Shown: positions 9,978 through 18,590 of the stretch, piece by piece
How positions within the stretch are numbered: position 1 is the first letter of the stretch
How the letters are laid out: every line of letters begins with the position of its first letter
Assembly: GCA_012520915.1 (NCBI GenBank)
Contig: JAAYNJ010000004.1
Coordinates: forward strand, 82-64,081
DNA from: Oscillospiraceae bacterium
GTDB taxonomy: Bacteria > Bacillota > Clostridia > Oscillospirales > Ruminococcaceae
Length of the DNA stretch: 64,000 nucleotides
Direction: 5' to 3'
Position numbers and translations under genes: made by a program
Notes under the pieces: model-generated
Told to the model about the DNA's origin: nothing
The model's input: the letters and a program-made list of their open reading frames with translations, nothing else
The model's database searches: none

Positions 9978-9998
9978 TCTCCCACCTCCGATGAAGAG

Positions 9999-10027
9999 AG
10001 TATAACATAATTTTTTAATCAGGTCAT
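9999..10027 (-). promoter_or_regulatory. candidate promoter of the ABC-F leader (extended -10)
   Basis: On the minus strand, ATGACC, 17 nt, TGtTATACT. The -35 overlaps the nitroreductase stop codon. Confidence 0.4.
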
Positions 10028-10557
10028 TAAAAACTTGACCCGAACTCGTTAAGGAAGCACCTTTCGTCAAATGACATTTTTTCGGGGCCCGAAACTTCAC
10101 GGGAAGGTTCGCCGATGGGGAAGTAGCCTATTACATTAAGGTCTTCCGGCAGATTGAGAAGTTCCGCCATCTGTTCCGACTTTTCATTTTCAATCTGACC
10201 CTGTATCCAGGTGGTTGCAAATCCCAAATCAACAACCGCCAAAAGCAGGTTTTGCGCTGCGGCGCTGAAATCTTCGAGGTGTCTGCTCCGTTTGCCCGGT
10301 CTCTTTTCCATCACTTTATACGCTATTACTACTGCGGCAGTGGCGGTCTTTGCCCAGTCAAATCCGTAGATTTCCCCGAGCTTAAGGACTTTTTCATCGT
10401 CCAAAACGCCGATTATTCTCGGAGTCTGACGATTGCTCCCCGACGGCGCCAAAAAAGCCGCCTCCACGATATATTTAAGCTCATCTTTCGTAACTTTCCT
10501 GTCGGTAAAGTCAAAACGGTAACTTACCCTCTTTTTCAACACATCTCTCAGTTCCAT
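10027..10557 (-). CDS. nitroreductase family protein
   Basis: 176 aa. R-S-x-R FMN-binding start (KKRVSYRF) and the PSGSNRQ motif typical of the NADH oxidase/flavin reductase fold. Confidence 0.8.
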   Translation of the reverse strand: MELRDVLKKRVSYRFDFTDRKVTKDELKYIVEAAFLAPSGSNRQTPRIIGVLDDEKVLKLGEIYGFDWAKTATAAVVIAYKVMEKRPGKRSRHLEDFSAAAQNLLLAVVDLGFATTWIQGQIENEKSEQMAELLNLPEDLNVIGYFPIGEPSREVSGPEKMSFDERCFLNEFGSSF

Positions 10558-10629
10558 TAAAACCTCCTATAAAGAATTTGTCTGCATTATGCGGATACCT
10601 GTGTTTTTATCTGATAAGAGTTAAACACT

Positions 10630-11916
10630 TTAACACTTGTCTAATAGACTAATAATACTACTGTCAACATTATTTAAATCGATAAAAGAAATATTAACAT
10701 TGACACCATCGTCTGAAGAATAGCAAAGCTCTTCTTTGCCTATACTCGCATCTTCGGGATATGGATAGACTAAAAAGACATTTTCAGCTCCATACTTTTT
10801 ACTATAAGCATACATTTGATACATATCAGCCTGAGAGATACCGTAGTATCTCATATTACCCGAAAGCAGTTTCCATTTTGTATCCATAACAACTTTTTGC
10901 TCTCCATATTCCAGAACAAGATCCGGTCTGAGGTAAAAAGTGGGAGCAGGTCTGTCAAAAAGACTAAATCTGCTGTCTTGCGTCCGTAGTTGAATGTCAC
11001 TTCCGATATGCTTGCGCAATTTTGCCTCGACAAAACTCTCGAATATCTTTTCCATCGGAAAGAGAAGCGCTATTGCAACCTCACTGCCGGCGAAAGATGT
11101 GAAGCTGTTCCCGAGTAAAAAAACACGACACCATGATATTGTCTTACCATAATGGCTCATACTGCGGTCGTTGACACACTTCGAAAAATCCTCTTTATAA
11201 TTTGAGGAAAAATTCACTCCTTCGAGAAAAGTTAGCAGTCGGATTGCATTTTGACGGTTGCGACCGTCTTTAATAAATTTTAATAGAAAAAAAAGAGTGG
11301 ATTTAATCAGTCTGTTTTCTGGACGGTTTAAATTAAAATCATCGTATCTGACGAAGAAACGTTCTTTATGAACCAGATTATACTTTATATTTTGAGAAGC
11401 AAGCAGTTTTCCTTTATAAAACCGCTCGTTAGATTCCAGGGGGGTATATGTTGCCTTTAATCCCTGCTTTGTCAGAATTGTGACCTCGTCAAGGAACATT
11501 TTAATAAATATTTCAAAGATGCTTAATCGATCCGTATGGAGATTGGAGATATTGAACTCTTTAAATGTTACATCCTTTAATGCTCTTAACATCTCAATAA
11601 AAATCCGTCTTGTTTCCGAGAGGGATATAGCGCCTGCAATTTTCGGTAAAATTTCTATAACTGTGCCGTCGTTCATTGATATTATGCCCACATAATTTCG
11701 GGCTGTGATAATTTTGCCAATCCCTTTTCGTACTGAAAGCGAAAGAAATTCGACCGCTTCGGTTTCAGCACCGAAATTGTTGGCAAGTATAAAATTTTCT
11801 AGAGCATTGAAGGTTTTTCCAGGTAAACTTTGACATCCGTTTATATCAGTTTTACATGAAAAACGCCCATATTCGGTTATTGTATATAAGTTATTTGAGG
11901 TACTCATATGCCTCAA
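10630..11916 (-). CDS. mcrC: McrC-type nuclease subunit of a McrBC type IV restriction system
   Basis: C-terminal PD-(D/E)xK pattern LRPDLVL...VVMDTKWK...SQADMYQMYAYSKKY...LVYP. It overlaps the 3' end of mcrB (TTG at 11916 or ATG at 11907). Confidence 0.85.
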   Translation of the reverse strand: MRHMSTSNNLYTITEYGRFSCKTDINGCQSLPGKTFNALENFILANNFGAETEAVEFLSLSVRKGIGKIITARNYVGIISMNDGTVIEILPKIAGAISLSETRRIFIEMLRALKDVTFKEFNISNLHTDRLSIFEIFIKMFLDEVTILTKQGLKATYTPLESNERFYKGKLLASQNIKYNLVHKERFFVRYDDFNLNRPENRLIKSTLFFLLKFIKDGRNRQNAIRLLTFLEGVNFSSNYKEDFSKCVNDRSMSHYGKTISWCRVFLLGNSFTSFAGSEVAIALLFPMEKIFESFVEAKLRKHIGSDIQLRTQDSRFSLFDRPAPTFYLRPDLVLEYGEQKVVMDTKWKLLSGNMRYYGISQADMYQMYAYSKKYGAENVFLVYPYPEDASIGKEELCYSSDDGVNVNISFIDLNNVDSSIISLLDKC

Positions 11917-14233
11917 CCTTTTTAAATGCCTCTGTGTTTATTTCATAATATTCAGGAGAAAAATCAAAGTCGCTACCCTTATTAGCAAATTGTTCCCGCG
12001 AATCACTCCTCTTTACTATGAATTGAGTACTTTCATCTTTTGCGTTGTCGCCCAAAACAAGTCGAATTTTTTCATAATCATCGTAGAAATATTCCTGCAG
12101 TTGAGGGATTATTTCGTATTGAAAGATATCCGCCAGATGTTCAATACTCGGATTATCTTTTAATTTTAAGAAATAAGAATGCCCTAAGGTATGATCGCGA
12201 TCAAGTAAAATGGTGATTCGCTTGTTTAAAGTATCTAACATTTTAGCTATGTCTATACCATCTACAACGATATCCTCCAATATCGATGAATCCGGCAGCA
12301 TTTCAATAAATTTAAAGCGACGGCGAAGCGCCACATCAATTATTGCAATAGAGCGGTCTGCGGTGTTCATTGTTCCTATTATATAAACATTATCAGGAAC
12401 ACCGAATATCTGCTTCGAGTACGGCAATGTAACTCTCAGTTCCTCTTTTGCGCCGATACGTTTTGTGCCCTCTATCAATGTTATTAATTCGCCGAATACT
12501 TTTGAAATATTTCCGCGGTTAATCTCGTCTATTATAAATACATGATTAAAGGGATTTTTTGATTTTGAAGAGAACAGCCCGGACTTTACTTTTTTTAACA
12601 GTTGTAACACATCGGATATGGTAATTGTCAATTCATGAACTACATCTTGAGACATGTCCTTTTCAGAATTGAGCTCGTATATGTCTTCATTAATACCAGT
12701 AACTAGCCAATTTACTTTGCGCAGTCTTTTGTATTCAGAATATTCGTTGTGCCACTCGGGGTCGCCTGTGATTACTCCGATTGCGTCTATCGTTCTACTC
12801 GAGTAACATGACATAACTATATCGCCAATCTGCATTTTGTAGTAAAAAGAGTTTAACGCCCTTCTTCCTCTAACACCCTTTTTTAGCTTCGGTATAGTTT
12901 CCCCATGTTCATCGTATCCTATGCGGATATGGCCATTTGCAAAGCACTCGGCACGTGTTTTGTTGTCTCCCGTTCCCTCAAGTGAGACCTTCCAGACTGT
13001 CGGATTTTTTTCAATTCCTAAATCAATATTTTTATCTTCTCCGACAGGAGTTCCTGCTCTGTCACAAAAAGCCTTAAAAATTCCGACATGAATCTCATAC
13101 TCGATTTCACCGGAATATTCGGAATCGTCTTCTATTGAAATAACAGGTCTTATGCCTTCAACAAATTCTTCATATCCGTAAGATTGATGAAAGGTCGTAA
13201 AAGCTATTAATCCATCTTCTTTATATTTTTGATAACGGGAAAATACTTTCTCATAATTCTCGGTTTTTACTTCCTCAACTCGCTTATTTTCGATTATGGC
13301 AACGGCATACTGAATTGAACTATATGTCTTACCCGTCCCGGGACTGCCGAAAAGAATAAGGTTTTTTGGAAACTTGCTATTATCAGATAGGTCATGATTA
13401 TCATTAACAGTTTCGGAATCTTCTGATATGTCGGAAAGAGAGGTTGTTTCCCTCGTATCTTTCTCTACCTTATTATTTTTCTCTTTGGCTTCTTGAGACA
13501 ATTTCCATGCTTCAGAACTCAACTCTTTAAAATCTTTTATTGTACTCTCGTCGCTATTTATATAATCTTGCATCTTGTCTAAAATATCCAAATAATCTTC
13601 TGCTGGAATTTTTTTATTGTCTTCAATTTTCGGAAGAGTTTTAACTAAACTTTCAGGCAGTTCTCCGGAAGAATAGATGTACTTTTTGTTATTGCCATCC
13701 AACGCCAAGAAAGAGTCGGGTGAAATCCAAAACAGTCCGCTTGTGATTTTAACATTTCCATTATCATCCACTTTAATACTTAAATTAAAATAATTTGAGA
13801 ACATTTTGCGATTCTGAGGTGATGAGTTAGAGGCATACGCAAGAGCAGACTCGAAAAGACCCCATAGGTTATCGATGTCAGTCTCTACACGTTTGTCCAT
13901 AAAAGGGTAATAACGCGCTTTAAAAGGGAGTACTGTCGGTATACCATCAAATGAAGTGGGCAAGGGTGATTTAATATCAAATAGATCAGCCACTTCAGAA
14001 ACAATCTTATTTTTATCAGACATGATCATTTTTGTTTTGTTGAATAGACCGAAGAAGGTAAATGGATCGATATCGAAAATTTTATTATCTTTTTCGAGTG
14101 AAGGAAGTCTTATATCGGTATTTTTAAAAATTTTTAAAACTTTATCAACCAGCCCCTGTCGATTATCTTTATACTCTAACAACTTGTTAGCCAACTCTTC
14201 ATAAAAAGGTACCCAGTCATATACTTGTTCCAT
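11891..14233 (-). CDS. mcrB: McrB-type AAA+ GTPase with an N-terminal accessory module and a large insertion inside the AAA+ domain
   Basis: Walker A GSPGTGKT (aa 296-303), FIIDEINRGN (aa 566-575), GTMNTADRS and ALRRRF. Residues 1-245 are paralogous to the ORF at 14411-15175. Confidence 0.9.
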   Translation of the reverse strand: MEQVYDWVPFYEELANKLLEYKDNRQGLVDKVLKIFKNTDIRLPSLEKDNKIFDIDPFTFFGLFNKTKMIMSDKNKIVSEVADLFDIKSPLPTSFDGIPTVLPFKARYYPFMDKRVETDIDNLWGLFESALAYASNSSPQNRKMFSNYFNLSIKVDDNGNVKITSGLFWISPDSFLALDGNNKKYIYSSGELPESLVKTLPKIEDNKKIPAEDYLDILDKMQDYINSDESTIKDFKELSSEAWKLSQEAKEKNNKVEKDTRETTSLSDISEDSETVNDNHDLSDNSKFPKNLILFGSPGTGKTYSSIQYAVAIIENKRVEEVKTENYEKVFSRYQKYKEDGLIAFTTFHQSYGYEEFVEGIRPVISIEDDSEYSGEIEYEIHVGIFKAFCDRAGTPVGEDKNIDLGIEKNPTVWKVSLEGTGDNKTRAECFANGHIRIGYDEHGETIPKLKKGVRGRRALNSFYYKMQIGDIVMSCYSSRTIDAIGVITGDPEWHNEYSEYKRLRKVNWLVTGINEDIYELNSEKDMSQDVVHELTITISDVLQLLKKVKSGLFSSKSKNPFNHVFIIDEINRGNISKVFGELITLIEGTKRIGAKEELRVTLPYSKQIFGVPDNVYIIGTMNTADRSIAIIDVALRRRFKFIEMLPDSSILEDIVVDGIDIAKMLDTLNKRITILLDRDHTLGHSYFLKLKDNPSIEHLADIFQYEIIPQLQEYFYDDYEKIRLVLGDNAKDESTQFIVKRSDSREQFANKGSDFDFSPEYYEINTEAFKKVEAYEYLK
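13499..14233 (-). repeat. direct repeat copy A (McrB N-terminal module)
   Basis: Aligns along its whole length with 14425-15175. It includes a 174-nt tract (13578-13751) with one mismatch to 14514-14687. Confidence 0.9.
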
Positions 14234-14410
14234 TATATACCCCTTGATAATATTTAAAATTTAGTCAACCGAGTGAGTGTTTAATTTTTTAAATTCAATA
14301 CTCTAATCTTCAAATATAAAATTGATTAGATTTTCGCTAATCTTGCAAAAATTAGATAAGATTCATTTCTTTTACATAAAATATTTAAATCATCGACTTT
14401 AACAAATCTA

Positions 14411-15175
14411 TTAAGACTTATGAATCTCTAGAGAATATTTCCATGCTTCAGAATCCAACTCTTTAAAATCTTTTATTGTACTCTTTTCACTCTTTAGATA
14501 ATCTTGCATCTTATCTAAAATATCCAAATAATCTTCTGCTGGAATTTTTTTATTGTCTTCAATTTTCGGAAGAGTTTTAACTAAACTTTCAGGCAGTTCT
14601 CCGGAAGAATAGATGTACTTTTTGTTATTGTCATCCAACGCCAAGAAAGAGTCGGGTGAAATCCAAAACAGTCCGCTTGTGATTTTAGAATTTCCATTTT
14701 TATGCATTTTAACACTCAAATCAAAGTATTTCGAGAAAGCTTCCCGGTTCTGCTCTGATGGTTCGGATGCATATGAGAGGGCTGATTCGAACAGACCCCA
14801 AAGGTTATCAATATCGCTCTCTCCGCGTTCGCCTTCATAAAGATAGTAACGTGCATTTTGGTTAATTACTGTCGGTATACCGTCAAATGAAGTAGGTATG
14901 GGCGCATTAATAGCAAATAGATCAGCCACTTCAGAAACAATCTTATTTTTATTAGACATTGTCATACTGCTTTTGTTGAATAGACCGAAGACGGTAAATG
15001 GATCGATATCGAAAATTTTATTATCTTTTTCGAGTGCAGGAAGATCTATACCGGTATTTTCAAAAATCTTTAAAACTTTATCAACCAGCCCCTTTCGATT
15101 TTCTTTGTACTGTAATAACTTATTAGCCAACTCTTCATAAAAAGGTACCCAGTCATATTTAATAGCGCTTTTCAT
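14411..15175 (-). CDS. free-standing paralogue of the McrB N-terminal module (no AAA+ domain)
   Basis: 254 aa, roughly three-quarters identical by eye to McrB residues 1-245 (DWVPFYEELANKLL...DIDPFT.FGLFNK...SFDGIPTV...ITSGLFWISPDSFLALD). Own GGAGG RBS. Stops right after the module. Confidence 0.8.
   Translation of the reverse strand: MKSAIKYDWVPFYEELANKLLQYKENRKGLVDKVLKIFENTGIDLPALEKDNKIFDIDPFTVFGLFNKSSMTMSNKNKIVSEVADLFAINAPIPTSFDGIPTVINQNARYYLYEGERGESDIDNLWGLFESALSYASEPSEQNREAFSKYFDLSVKMHKNGNSKITSGLFWISPDSFLALDDNNKKYIYSSGELPESLVKTLPKIEDNKKIPAEDYLDILDKMQDYLKSEKSTIKDFKELDSEAWKYSLEIHKS
14425..15175 (-). repeat. direct repeat copy B (McrB N-terminal module paralogue)
   Basis: See copy A. Same orientation, with about 190 nt of AT-rich spacer between the copies. 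Confidence 0.9.
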
Positions 15176-15326
15176 TTTTAAACCTCCAAAAAACTCTTAA
15201 ATATCCCATAACCGCATCTTTTTTCGATACAGTTTAATTGTACCATACTAATTTTATTGCTCTATTGAAAAACTCTGATTTAATAACATTTAAACTTAAA
15301 ACTATTAAAAAACCGAATTTGTTAAC

Positions 15327-16040
15327 TTACCACAAACTCCCGTCGCCCTTGTTTCCGCCGAACTCGCATCCGTGAGCGTGACCTTTTCCGTAATACCAGC
15401 GACCGTATCGGTATCCGTAATGCGGGGGACATTTTGCGCAGTTGCCGTCGCACCGACCGCTGTGCTTTTTCGGACGTTTTTTATCTAATGCGCTTGCCGC
15501 ACCGGCTGCGCCGAACAGAGCGCCGAAAAATCCGATTTTAATAGGTTCTTCGTCGTCTTCGTAATCTTCATCATCCTCGTAATCAAAGTAATCATCATCA
15601 TCATCATCTTCTTCTTCTAACAATTCTTCCCATTCTTTCCAATCTTCCTCTTCCGCGATTAAATCTTCCGGCAACGAAAAGTTTCGTTTTGCGCAGATAT
15701 CTTTAATCAATTCGTTATCAGCTATACCGTAAAGAATTTCCATATCTTCTTCGGTCAAAACATTTATGGAATTGTAAACCGCCGCTACAGCCAAATTCTT
15801 ATCGTAATAGAATAGAAAATCGGATAAATCATAAGCCGAAAACTCGTATTTTGCTTCAACCGCTTTTTTTAACAGGTAATTCAAAGCATCCTTATTTTTC
15901 AGCATGCTCATTACATATAACAATTCATCTATAGGACCGAGAGAAGTCAATGAATAAACATTTTTCGCTCTTTTCCTTTCTCTCCAATCATCAAAAGAAG
16001 CGTAATATTCATCCCATGTATAGCTTCGCAAACTGCTCAC
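15327..16040 (-). CDS. hypothetical protein with a poly-acidic segment and a Gly/Cys/Tyr-rich C-terminal tail
   Basis: 237 aa with a GTG start. EEEDWKEWEELLEEEDDDDDDYFDYEDDEDYEDDEE is followed by a hydrophobic GFFGALFGAAGAASAL stretch and then CDGNCAKCPPHYGYRYGRWYYGKGHAHGC. Confidence 0.6.
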   Translation of the reverse strand: MSSLRSYTWDEYYASFDDWRERKRAKNVYSLTSLGPIDELLYVMSMLKNKDALNYLLKKAVEAKYEFSAYDLSDFLFYYDKNLAVAAVYNSINVLTEEDMEILYGIADNELIKDICAKRNFSLPEDLIAEEEDWKEWEELLEEEDDDDDDYFDYEDDEDYEDDEEPIKIGFFGALFGAAGAASALDKKRPKKHSGRCDGNCAKCPPHYGYRYGRWYYGKGHAHGCEFGGNKGDGSLW

Positions 16041-16099
16041 CCCGCATTCCTGAAATGCCGTATACCGTATCTTTTACAATGAATAAAACAATAGAATAA

Positions 16100-16138
16100 A
16101 ATAATAAAATAGGGGATAGTGTAAAAGCTAAACCCCTT
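16100..16138 (-). terminator. possible terminator downstream of the DMT transporter gene
   Basis: AGGGG...CCCCT 5-bp stem with a long loop, followed by a U-rich tract on the minus strand. Weak. Confidence 0.3.
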
Positions 16139-16194
16139 TAAATAATATATCGGATTTTATCGAAATGCCTGAAATTTTGCAGTTGATAAAATAT

Positions 16195-17091
16195 TTAATG
16201 CCCCATATAATCACTTTGTTTTTGGTCGGGCTTTGGGGGAATTAAGGTAATAAATAAAGACGTCATTACGAGAATCCCGCCGATAATCAAACTGAGTTTA
16301 ACCTCTTCGGAAAGAATGATAACCGAAGCTATTACCGTCACAACAGGCTCCAAAACCGAGACAAGCGATGCTATCGAAGGCCCCGTTCTTTCCATTCCGA
16401 CGAAAAACGTCCCGAAAGCAATAACGGTGGAAACAATCGCAATAAGACCGACTGCAATGTATCCGTGCACCTCGGTTGGCGGCTTAAAACCGGTGAATAA
16501 GTTCATTATTCCGTATACAACGGTAGAACCAAGCATTATAAAGGCGGAGGACTGAATTCCCTTGCCTTCTTCCACTACAGCCGAACTTATTAATATGTAT
16601 AAAGAATATAAAAGTGCGGATAATAGCGCGAGGAAAACGCCTAAAAAGTTCGCCTTGAATTCGGCGCCGATAATTACAAATGCCCCTGCCAGAGCAAAGC
16701 AGAGGGCCAATACTTTTTTTACCGTTATTTTTTCATTGAAGATCGCCGCAGAACCGATCATCACGATTGCGGGATAGAGATAGAGGAGCAAAGATACCGT
16801 ACCGGATGAAGCGTAGTTTAAAGCGCTGAAATAGGTGAATGACTGTCCGAAATATACGAGGGCACCGAGTAAAAACAATTTCCATATCCTGTCTTTCGTC
16901 GGCAGAGGCATTTTTCTAAAGAAAACTAAAGAGAACATAAATACCGTCGCGACTAAAAATCTGAGAAAAAGCAGAGTATAACTGCTTGTACCCGCCGAAT
17001 ATGCCATTTTTGCAAAAATGGGCAAGAAACCGAAAGAAGCTGCAGAGATGGAAACAAGAACAACACCGCCGACAAATTTTTTGTTTTTCAT
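16195..17091 (-). CDS. DMT superfamily (EamA-like) transporter
   Basis: 298 aa with about 10 TM helices and the two-repeat EamA-like organisation. Confidence 0.8.
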   Translation of the reverse strand: MKNKKFVGGVVLVSISAASFGFLPIFAKMAYSAGTSSYTLLFLRFLVATVFMFSLVFFRKMPLPTKDRIWKLFLLGALVYFGQSFTYFSALNYASSGTVSLLLYLYPAIVMIGSAAIFNEKITVKKVLALCFALAGAFVIIGAEFKANFLGVFLALLSALLYSLYILISSAVVEEGKGIQSSAFIMLGSTVVYGIMNLFTGFKPPTEVHGYIAVGLIAIVSTVIAFGTFFVGMERTGPSIASLVSVLEPVVTVIASVIILSEEVKLSLIIGGILVMTSLFITLIPPKPDQKQSDYMGH

Positions 17092-17154
17092 ACAAACAAC
17101 CTTCTACCGGATTTTAACGACAAACTTTAAATATATTTAAGTTTTAATTATATC

Positions 17155-17187
17155 AATAAAAAGGAGAAAAAACTCAATTTTTCTCCT
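17155..17187 (-). terminator. intrinsic terminator of the LacI-family regulator gene
   Basis: 10-bp stem AGGAGAAAAA / TTTTTCTCCT with a 6-nt loop, then UUUUUAUU on the minus strand. Confidence 0.75.
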
Positions 17188-17249
17188 AAATTTCAATATT
17201 AATGCAATTTCAAGCAATAATATAGTGATAATGCCGGTAATATATTATC

Positions 17250-18260
17250 TTATGTGGATTCCCTTACGATTAGTTCAGTATCCAAAATCATTTGTCTGGT
17301 TACGCAATTCGGCTTTTCGATTCGCTCTATCAACAACTCGCACGCGGTTTGCCCCATCTGATATTTCGGCTGATCTATAGTAGTTATTGTGGAGCTGGTG
17401 ACCTGAGACAGAGAGATATTGTCAAATCCCGTGACGGCGATGTCGTCGGGAACAGAGAGCCCGTTGGCTGTACAATAACGGATTACGGCAGCGGCTTGAA
17501 CATCCGATACGGTAACTACTGCTGTAGGCCGGTCTCCTTGGGACATTAGGTTGCGAATGGCCGAGAGGGCTATATCAAAATCAACGTCATAAGCCTGATA
17601 TATCCAATGGGGTTTTATATTAAATCCGGCATTGGCTAAAGCAGTTATATATGCCTCTCTTCTGTGTCGAGAATATTTGTATTTATCTGGCCCGCCTATA
17701 AAAGCAATCTTCTCATGACCCAAGGAAAACAAATGATCCATGATTTTTGTTATTGCTGCCCTATCGTCTATTGTGACATAGGGGACAGTGTTTTGGTTTT
17801 CTGTATTTTCACAGCACTGAACAAAAGCCAAAGTCTGCCTCAATCGATCAAAAAGAGTTTTTGAAATCGCGTCCAATGTGATAATACCCGAACATGATAT
17901 TCTTTCTAAAATATTTAGGAGGGCGGTTTCGGAAGAGGGTGTGTCTGTGCGATGGATATTTACAAGTGTGAAGTAACCGTATTTTGAGGCAACTCTTCGT
18001 ATTCCGCGTATAATGTCATCATAAAACGGATTCGATACAGACGGCACATTGATTAAAATCAGTTTAGATTTCATATTGTTTTCTGGATTAGATTCTTCTG
18101 AATTAAAACGCATTGGATAATTCAGCTCGTCAATGGCGGACTGTATTTTTTTTGCTGTCTTATCGCGCACACTATCCGGATTGTTAATGTAGCGGGATAC
18201 GGAGGCTATGGAAACCCCGGACAGTTCTGCTACTTGTGTAATGGTAGGCTTGGAAGACAT
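17250..18260 (-). CDS. LacI/GalR family transcriptional regulator
   Basis: N-terminal HTH (TITQVAELSGVSIASVSRYIN) plus a periplasmic-binding-protein-like sugar-binding core. ATG 18260 is preferred because GAGG lies 5 nt upstream. The track start at 18266 is a GTG. Confidence 0.9.
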   Translation of the reverse strand: MSSKPTITQVAELSGVSIASVSRYINNPDSVRDKTAKKIQSAIDELNYPMRFNSEESNPENNMKSKLILINVPSVSNPFYDDIIRGIRRVASKYGYFTLVNIHRTDTPSSETALLNILERISCSGIITLDAISKTLFDRLRQTLAFVQCCENTENQNTVPYVTIDDRAAITKIMDHLFSLGHEKIAFIGGPDKYKYSRHRREAYITALANAGFNIKPHWIYQAYDVDFDIALSAIRNLMSQGDRPTAVVTVSDVQAAAVIRYCTANGLSVPDDIAVTGFDNISLSQVTSSTITTIDQPKYQMGQTACELLIERIEKPNCVTRQMILDTELIVREST

Positions 18261-18590
18261 AATCACCTCTTAAAACTAAATAAATAATATTCAAATATTT
18301 TAACGGAAAATAAATAACATAAGCAACTGGAAATCAAAAGGTATCTTAATGCTAAACTGTATAAAAAATGTAAAAATGTAAAAATAATGTAAAAGTTAGA
18401 CATAATGTTGATAGCAAAAAAGTTTCTATGTTAAATGCTACAAATATTTAAAAAATTGTTGGTAAATATTGAAATTGCTGCTAATAAAATATATGATTAT
18501 CTTAGAAATGTAAAGAGCTTTTTGAAAAAATGTAAAAAAACTGTAAATAATTTGATTGATTGCACAAATTATATTAAAAAAATTCTTGTA

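Noticed and set aside
13499-15175. The duplicated McrB N-module read as a shufflon or phase-variable specificity cassette system, like hsdS inversions.
   Set aside because: The copies are in direct, not inverted, orientation, and no site-specific recombinase is nearby. Only homologous recombination or gene conversion can be proposed, and that is reported separately as a hypothesis.
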